DNA of 6,194 bases from Tubiluchus corallicola. Lineage: Eukaryota > Animalia > Priapulida. Of this stretch, positions 1 through 6,194 are shown in pieces. Both the position numbers and the translations under genes were made by a program. The stretch lies in the NCBI GenBank assembly GCA_030141605.1, contig JAQGDQ010000829.1:84617-90810 (forward strand). The letters run 5' to 3'. A model generated the notes under the pieces. It ran no database searches, was not told the DNA's origin, and saw only the letters and a list, made by a program, of their open reading frames with translations. Position 1 is the stretch's first letter. Each line of letters begins with the position of its first letter.

Positions 1-31
1 ATGAAAGGAGGTGAAACAGGCACAGTTTGAT

Positions 32-438
32 TTACAAACAGGTTAGGTGAGATGGCACCCACATGGTAGAAACAGCAGAGGGTGCTAGTGCTCGGAAGTG
101 ATCTCTAGAAGTGATTTCTCTGATATCCGGTGGAAGTTTGTCCCACAAGCGTATTGCCCTGGGGTAGAAAGAATATAAATAAATATTGACTCTTGCTGCT
201 CGCTGAATAAACTTGTTGTTATCCTTGAAAGACAGGGTGATGTAAGTTGGCAAATTTACACCTATCCTGTGATGCTCTATTATTATGAAGGATGTTTAGT
301 ATCGTTTGTCAGCGTCTAATTTCTAGTGTTTCCCACCCGAGTTCAGAAATCATCTTAGACACTTCAGCATTTCTGGTATCTGGTATATTCATTTCGTACA
401 AATCGTACTGCATTTTGCTGGACTTGCTCGATGCTGCT
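32..438 (-). mobile_element. Decayed, 5'-truncated non-LTR retrotransposon (LINE, CR1/L2-group-like) ORF2 C-terminal fragment
   Basis: Manual minus-strand translation across frameshifts gives SSIEQVQQNAVRFVRNEYTR / NAEVSKMISELGWETLEIRR*QTILNILH / IEHHRIGVNLPTYIT...RVNIYLYSFYPRAIRLWDKLP. This resembles the post-RT region of invertebrate LINE ORF2 (IEKVQRRAARFV...ML..LGW.SLE.RR...SFFPRTIR.WN.LP, recalled). It is disrupted by a 7-bp duplication (373-386), an in-frame stop (309-311) and a second frameshift. Clade assignment is tentative. Confidence 0.85.
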
Positions 439-803
439 TCATGTCAGTACATTTGAATACAAAAATAAAGTAAATTCATTATATACAATACATAAATACA
501 AGATGCATTATGCATTAAACAATAAAGAAATTGTTAAAAACTGTAAACTGGTATTACTTTTTTATCTTGTAATGTTTAACTAGCATCAAAATGCTGGACG
601 TAAGAGATTTTTATTGTGATATTCTAGGAAGTGCAAGAACAACATGTAAAGGGTTGTGTGTTGCCAACGCATTTGGCAATGTGCGATACATTATACAGTC
701 GGAGATAAACAATTTAAATAGCACTGTAGTTCCGATCATAAATTCACTGATTCCAATCCAACTGCCGATATTTCATTTCCACAAAAACAGATTTCCGAAC
801 TAA

Positions 804-1118
804 TCGCCGATTACTGGAAAGGGTGACTGGTCACTGCCTATTTTTACGTGATCAGCAGCTGATATGTCACCGATTACTGGAAAGGGTGACTGGTCACTGC
901 CTATTTTTACGTGATCAGCAGCTGATATATCACCGATTACTGGAAAGGGTGACTGGTCACTGCCTATTTTTACGTGATCGGCAGCTGGTATATCACCGAT
1001 TACTGGAAAGGGTGACTGGTCACTGCCTATTTTTACGTGGTTGGCAGCTGATATGTCACCGATTACTGGAAAGGGTGACTGGTCACTGCCTATTTTTACG
1101 TGATCGGTAGCTGGCATA
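804..1118. repeat. Minisatellite, 5 copies of a 63-bp unit
   Basis: Units start at 804, 867, 930, 993 and 1056. Consensus TCACCGATTACTGGAAAGGGTGACTGGTCACTGCCTATTTTTACGTGATCRGCAGCTGATATR. Differences cluster in the last ~16 bp of each unit. Confidence 0.97.
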
Positions 1119-1443
1119 TCGGCAAACTGATATTTAGGAACAACGCTGGCAGGTTGGCGATCATTATAGGCTAGTTTACCCCGTACGAAAACCCAAGTAA
1201 TAGAAAAAACTGTAATTACCTGCGCTGAGAGCCTCAGACCACGACTCCGAACCACAATTATATAACCAACTTCTTGCCTTCATAATCGGCATTATCTAGT
1301 CAAACATATTGATCGAATAGCGTGCTGCAAGGCCTTTTTCGATGTGTTAAATACTTATCAGGGAATAGATAAAATAATAATTAATATGATTAAGCAATGT
1401 CAAACGGCAGAGCAAAGTCTACATTGGCTTACCACCAAAATCA

Positions 1444-1530
1444 TTTATATCAGTAGCGCTTGGAGGACCTGCGCGTGCTCTCCACTTTACATGAGCTCAC
1501 AATACATGAGCTCAATCCATTGTAAAAACA
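1444..1530 (+). promoter_or_regulatory. Putative core promoter / 5' UTR of the carboxylesterase gene
   Basis: TATA-like TTTATAT at 1444-1450, Inr-like TCAGT at 1450-1454 and CCACTTT at 1482-1488, and an A-rich start context AAAACA-ATG at 1525-1533. These are short motifs only; the TSS cannot be fixed from sequence. Confidence 0.3.
1488..1514 (+). repeat. 12-bp direct repeat TACATGAGCTCA (x2)
   Basis: Exact copies at 1488-1499 and 1503-1514, each containing the palindrome TGAGCTCA and an ATG. Confidence 0.9.
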
Positions 1531-1725
1531 ATGCACATCCTCAACTTCTTGGTCTTTGGAATATCAGTGACCTTTGTCTCTGTGACTTGTCAAGGTCCTG
1601 TGGTTGAACTGGGACATGGTGGGAAAGTGCAAGGATGGACAATAGAAGCTTCAGATGGGAGCAGAGTGGATGTTTTCTACAACATTCCATATGCTGATCC
1701 ACCTGTTGGTGATAAGCGATGGAAG
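1531..1725 (+). CDS. Type-B carboxylesterase/cholinesterase-family protein, coding exon 1 (65 codons; signal peptide and N-terminus)
   Basis: MHILNFLVFGISVTFVSVTCQG is signal-peptide-like. It is followed by PVVELGHGGKVQG and VFYNIPYADPPVGDKRWK, matching the family motif (G.V.G...F.GIPYA.PPVG.LRF). Homology ends at the donor AAG|GTACAG (GT at 1726-1727), phase 0. Confidence 0.92.
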
Positions 1726-1907
1726 GTACAGTATTTTATTACGTTGAAATGATTTTTACTTTGTGCTTGACTAGATCAGTGAAACATTGAGTGCTTCTTA
1801 CATATGTCGTGTAAAATGTCATGTAAAATTTAATGTACTTTTGTAATATTGTTTTGTAAACATATTTTAATATGGTGTTTGTAAATATGTTCATTTATTG
1901 TATATAA

Positions 1908-2207
1908 TTAGGCCTTAGTTTTGCACTATAGCTTTTTTAGTATGCACTGGACGCATTTGTCTTGAACAGTGTTGTTATTTTAACATTACGCTGAGGCTTA
2001 CTCAATTTTATTAAAATGAGTGAACCATTTTAATGATAAATAAAGAATTAATATATAATATATTAATTCTTTATTTATCATTAAAATGGTTCACTCATTA
2101 TAATAAAATTAAATAAGCCTCAGCGTAATGTTAAAATAACAACACTGTTCAAGACAAATGCGTCCAGTGCATATTAAAAAAAGCTATAGTGCAAAACTAA
2201 GGCCTAA
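1908..2207. mobile_element. 300-bp near-perfect palindrome; candidate MITE made entirely of terminal inverted repeats
   Basis: Arms at 1908-2056 and 2058-2207 are reverse complements around a single unpaired A (2057), with 4 substitutions and 1 single-base indel by manual comparison. Ends read TA|GGCCTTAGTTTTGC...GCAAAACTAAGGCC|TA, compatible with an element at 1911-2204 and a TA target duplication. The palindrome is certain; MITE status is inferred. Confidence 0.75.
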
Positions 2208-2301
2208 ACTCGCAAGTGTGAACTGCAACTTTGCGAGTAACTGTTAGCAATAAATTGCAAACTCTCCCACAGTTGCTGCAACTTGATTTACTGTCTAGTG
2301 T

Positions 2302-2835
2302 GATACTTCTCGCAGTGAATAGAGAAGAGAGTGTCAGCTAACGCTTACTGTTGGAGAGTAACTCACAGCAAGTTTTGCTTTCTAGTCTGAAAACGCTCAA
2401 GAGTTACTCTCGATACTTCTCGCAGTGAATGGAGAAGAGAGTGTCAGCTAACGTTTACTGTTGGAGAGTAACTCACAGCAAGTTTTGCTCTTTAGTCTAA
2501 ACACGCTCGAGAGTTACTCTCGATACTTCTGACAGTGAATAGAGAAGGGAGTGTCAGCTCGCGCTTACTGTTGGTAAGTAACTCACGTCGAGTTTTGCTC
2601 TCTAGTCTGAACACACTCGAGAGTTACTCTCGATACTTCTCGCAGTGAATGGAGAAGAGAGTGTCAGCTAACGCTTACTGTTGGAGAGTAACTCACAGCA
2701 AGTTTTGCTCTCTAGTCTGAGCACGCTCAAGAGTTACTCTCGATACTTCTTGCAGTGAATGGAGAAGAGAGTGTCAGCTAACGCTTACTGTTGGAGAGTA
2801 ACTCACAGCAAGTTTTGCTCTCTAGTCTAAACACG
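2302..2835. repeat. Tandem array of ~4.9 copies of a 110-bp unit with internal inverted repeats
   Basis: GATACTTCT recurs at 2302, 2412, 2522, 2632 and 2742. Full units carry GAGAGTAACTC...GAGTTACTCTC (11-bp IR, e.g. 2354-2364 / 2401-2411) and an AGCAA-GTT-TTGCT mini-hairpin; both are partly degraded in unit 3. Confidence 0.97.
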
Positions 2836-3951
2836 GTAGACAGACAAGTTTTGTTCTCTGGTTAGAAATTGTATTGGAGATAAACAGCAGGTTTGAAGGA
2901 AGAGAACGGCGGTGTCATTGCCACAACAGTCACGGTAGAAAATAGATCATTAGCTTTCATGCTGCGAGTTTGCATTTATGGAATTATATTGTTTCGTACC
3001 TGAGATAAAGCATGTTTGCTCATGCTCTAGCCTCACTTTATATGTTATGAATAGATTAGTTCCAGCAATAAAGTTGAAAATAATTTTGTTTTATAATTTG
3101 GCAAGATTATATGGCCTCAATTAATACAGCTTAAAAATAAAGACGTGTACATTAACATATACATTTAGTAAAACGATAATTTGATTGGTGTGATCAGAGC
3201 TCCTATAGTAGCTATGCTTTAGCTTGTGTGAGTTACGTTACTGTTTAGCACCAGTGACTGGAACACAAGTTAATGTAAAAAATCACCATTTTGTTCACAG
3301 CGGGTTCAAAAGTGCCATTATCAGCTGACTAACACACCAAAACCTTAATTCTTGATAACTATAATAATTCAGCCTGAATTTAATTTGAAAGCTGTTGTAG
3401 CGGGTGCATAGGCGCTTTTTGGTTTTTATGTAGTTACTGCAACGGTGCTGCCACCTGTTTTTTGATTTAGTAGACATTTTACCTTTCACAGTAGACACTC
3501 TTTTAAAACTGAGGCACCTAATATCCTTGAATACATTAGCATTTTGATCTTTCGTGAGCTATAGCTATAGTAGTTGTGTGACATTTTACCCGTTTTTTGG
3601 TTCTCTCCGCCATTGCTCTAGTGTTGTGTCTATGATGAACATTATGAATAAATTTCTTACAAGTTTGTTGTTGTGACATCGTTGTTCTTATGGCCTTGGA
3701 GTTCTCATTCCTGTCTTTGTAACTATTAAAGGCTCTAACAACGTAAGTCATTATTAATTAATTTCAATATATATCATAATTTTTATATCAGTTTTCTTAG
3801 TTATAGTCATACATCTAATCATGCGATGAACTCTTTTCTACTCAATGCAAATTAAACTAATTGTTAATCATTGTATTTCAGAATAAAGAAACTTTTGGTA
3901 AGCACATTAAACTGGTGCTTTGCATCCATTTCACCGGTAGTTTTCTTGCAG

Positions 3952-4107
3952 GAAGTAGGTGATCATCCAGGATGGGAAGGTGTAAGAAATGCTACAGCAA
4001 GAGGTCCCGCTTGCTGGCAGGCTGGTGGTTACGCCAACAGCTTTTTACAACAGTTCATTGAATACCAGAGTGAAGACTGTCTACAGCTGAATGTATACAG
4101 CCCTGAT
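3952..4107 (+). CDS. Type-B carboxylesterase/cholinesterase-family protein, coding exon 2 (52 codons); gene continues beyond the window
   Basis: EVGDHPGWEGVRNATARGPACWQ...QSEDCLQLNVYSPD contains the W.GVR.AT...P.C.Q motif and the SEDCLxLNVYxP signature, with both Cys of the first disulfide. It is bounded by acceptor TTGCAG (3951) and donor GAT|GTAAGC (4108). Confidence 0.94.
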
Positions 4108-4154
4108 GTAAGCTTGTTCTCTACCATTTTTATGTTACAATATTTAGTTATAAT

Positions 4155-4194
4155 ATAATGATGATGATGGTGACGACGACGATGATGATGATTA

Positions 4195-4226
<32 letters not shown>

Positions 4227-4230
4227 ATGG

Positions 4231-4273
<43 letters not shown>

Positions 4274-4298
4274 AATAATGATAATAATAATAATAATA
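4155..4298. repeat. Compound trinucleotide microsatellite (TGA)n/(CGA)n/(TGC)n/(TAA)n
   Basis: Directly visible; starts ~47 bp after the exon 2 donor. Confidence 0.97.
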
Positions 4299-4396
4299 CC
4301 CTTTATTTAAAGTGGGCTTTTGGGTAAGTAACATAACCTCAAAGAGCTTTTTATTGACATTAAAGTGACAATTCTAAACTTTATACGTACCAGAAG

Positions 4397-4540
4397 TTAT
4401 TATTATTATTATTTTTCACCCTAAATACCACGCGCCAGACAAGGCACCAGCAGGTACCAGTTTTCAGATTTTTGTGTGAGGCCGCAGTTTCGAACTCACG
4501 GCCTTCCAGACGGGAAAGCGGACGCGTTACCATTAGATAA
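4397..4540 (-). mobile_element. Short tRNA-derived SINE with Meta/MESC-domain-like core and (AAT)n tail
   Basis: Minus strand reads CTAATGGTAACGCGTCCGCTTTCCCGTCTGGAAGGCCGTGAGTTCGAAAC (A-box remnant; B box GTTCGAAAC at 4495-4487). Next comes CACACAAAAATCTGAAAACTGGTACCTGCTGGTGCCTTGTCTGGCGCGTGGTATTTAGGG, resembling my recollection of the MetaSINE/MESC core (AAAATGGTACC..TGCCT...TGGCRC), then (AAT)5. Confidence 0.75.
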
Positions 4541-4922
4541 TAAAATGGTTGGCCGTAGACATTATGTTAAATTATGTGAGGAACAGTTATGGCTTTCAAT
4601 TGTACATCGTTCGCGAATTCATTAAAGCACAAGAAAACCCTTCACATACGTAAAACTCGAAAAATTCGTCTTGAAATTTCCATGACTTACATACTGTCTT
4701 ACTGGACACAGAGCTTGCGCTAGCAGTAACGCTGTGTAATCTTCTGTGATGACCATTAGACGCAGCCATTCTGACGATCAGTCATTTGAAACATGTCTAG
4801 ATAACATTGCGTAAAGTGTGAAAAGATAATCAGAGCATGCGTAACACACTCTTCGTCAACTAAACGAAAATTTGAATTACTTTATATTGTCAATAAAATC
4901 AATGATGTGTTTTTGGTGAATC

Positions 4923-5247
4923 AGTGGTGCACACTGGGATGGCGATGCACGGGGTGATGACCAGGTGGCGCGGACATTTTTTTAATTATCAAGAATTTTA
5001 TTTTCCAATTTGGAATACATAAGTCTTTCAAGCAGCTAAGCGTAATGCTAAATCAGGACATTCGTAGCGCACACTTTGCTAATTAAGCAAAATCTTAAAT
5101 TTCTGTATTTTGCCAATAAGAATAAAGTAGTGTACCCTGGAAAGATGACTAAATTGCATTTTGACAACTGGCGTGTACATTTTAAATTATTTAAAAAAAT
5201 TCTTTTCTAGTTACATAAGTCTTCCCAGCAGGTAAGCGAAATGCTAA
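4923..5247. repeat. Decayed ~200-bp-period direct duplication
   Basis: 5016-5051 matches 5212-5247 at 32/36 positions (TACATAAGTCTT...AGCAG.TAAGCG.AATGCTAA). Colinear weaker matches: AGTGGTGCACACTGG at 4923 vs AGTAGTGTACCCTGG at 5126, and TGGCGCGGACATTTT vs TGGCGTGTACATTTT. Confidence 0.75.
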
Positions 5248-5723
5248 GTAATTTAAGTTTGCATGGAAAGTTTTTTGGAACTTAGTTTAACATTCCTCTT
5301 CCTTCCTGTTTTTTTTTACGGAATCCGTGATTTCTTGACAATCAAGTCGATTTTTTTTATATAATTATATTATTCTGTATTGCCACGCTTGTTTTTAGGA
5401 TGCAAAGAGGTTCTATTCAGAAACGTAAGACAACTTTGTAATGATTACAGTTAAAAATACAATAAAAAAATGAAAAGTAGAAAGTATTACAATAGAAAAG
5501 TAAGTAAGTAAGTAGTTCATTGTCATTATGTTATAAAGCATATAATAAAATTTGTGTGGTTTTGCGTATTATAACAAAAGAACGTTGAAACGCATGAATT
5601 CAACTAAGTGCTAATAATCTGTAAGCAGTAATATATGGAACATTGCAAATTTACTGAAATTCATTGTTAAAATGATAATACTTAAACTGGTCGTTTGCAG
5701 GAAATTGGAAGAATAAACACTTT

Positions 5724-6194
<471 letters not shown>

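Larger units (their letters stand above)
1726..3951 (+). other. Intron 1 of the carboxylesterase gene (2226 bp, GT-AG, phase 0)
   Basis: Donor GTACAG at 1726 and acceptor TTTTCTTGCAG ending at 3951. Joining gives RWK|EVGDHPGWEGVRNAT, with the same spacing as the family RF.PP.P...W.GVRDAT motif. Confidence 0.88.

Noticed and set aside
661-679. Hairpin TTGCCAA-CGCAT-TTGGCAA, and a 12-bp tandem pair at 1804-1827
   Set aside because: Too short and isolated to distinguish from chance or slippage.
591-803. Short ORFs 591-803, 3295-3498 and 3536-3751
   Set aside because: No recognisable motifs; lengths are as expected by chance, and the latter two are antisense within intron 1.
800-1255. 151-aa minus-strand ORF with 21-aa repeats, and the + strand ORF 823-1110
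   Set aside because: Both start at GTG and stay open only because the 63-bp unit is a multiple of 3 and lacks stops in those frames; no recognisable protein.
804-2835. 63-bp and 110-bp arrays as CRISPR arrays
   Set aside because: The units repeat along their whole length with no unique spacers, there are no cas genes, and the context is eukaryotic and intron-containing.
3871-4158. Full ORF-track extents 1531-1752 and 3871-4158 as standalone genes
   Set aside because: Family similarity stops at canonical splice sites; the extensions are intronic read-through.
4029-4334. Poly-His/Gln/Tyr ORF
   Set aside because: It is a translation of the microsatellite, antisense to exon 2.
4480-4540. Functional tRNA gene
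   Set aside because: A B box is present, but there is no complete cloverleaf or acceptor stem, and it continues into a SINE core and tail.
4944-4960. ATGCACGGGGTG as carboxylesterase exon 3 (WIHGG motif)
   Set aside because: It reads MHGV with no PVMVWIHGGGF context and lies within the decayed duplication.

Overview
This is AT-rich animal (probably invertebrate) genomic DNA, not prokaryotic. It holds the upstream region and first two coding exons (1531-1725 and 3952-4107, + strand, phase-0 GT-AG intron) of a secreted type-B carboxylesterase/cholinesterase-family gene; the rest of the gene is not recognisable in the window. The non-coding DNA is dense in repeats: a decayed LINE ORF2 3' fragment (minus strand), a 5x63-bp minisatellite upstream of the start codon, a 300-bp near-perfect palindrome (candidate all-TIR MITE) next to a ~4.9x110-bp array with internal hairpins in intron 1, and in intron 2 a tRNA-derived SINE with a Meta/MESC-like core, a decayed ~200-bp duplication and two long compound trinucleotide microsatellites. 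I see no CRISPR array or new multi-gene system. The best candidate for something undescribed is the palindrome plus hairpin-satellite block at 1908-2980.
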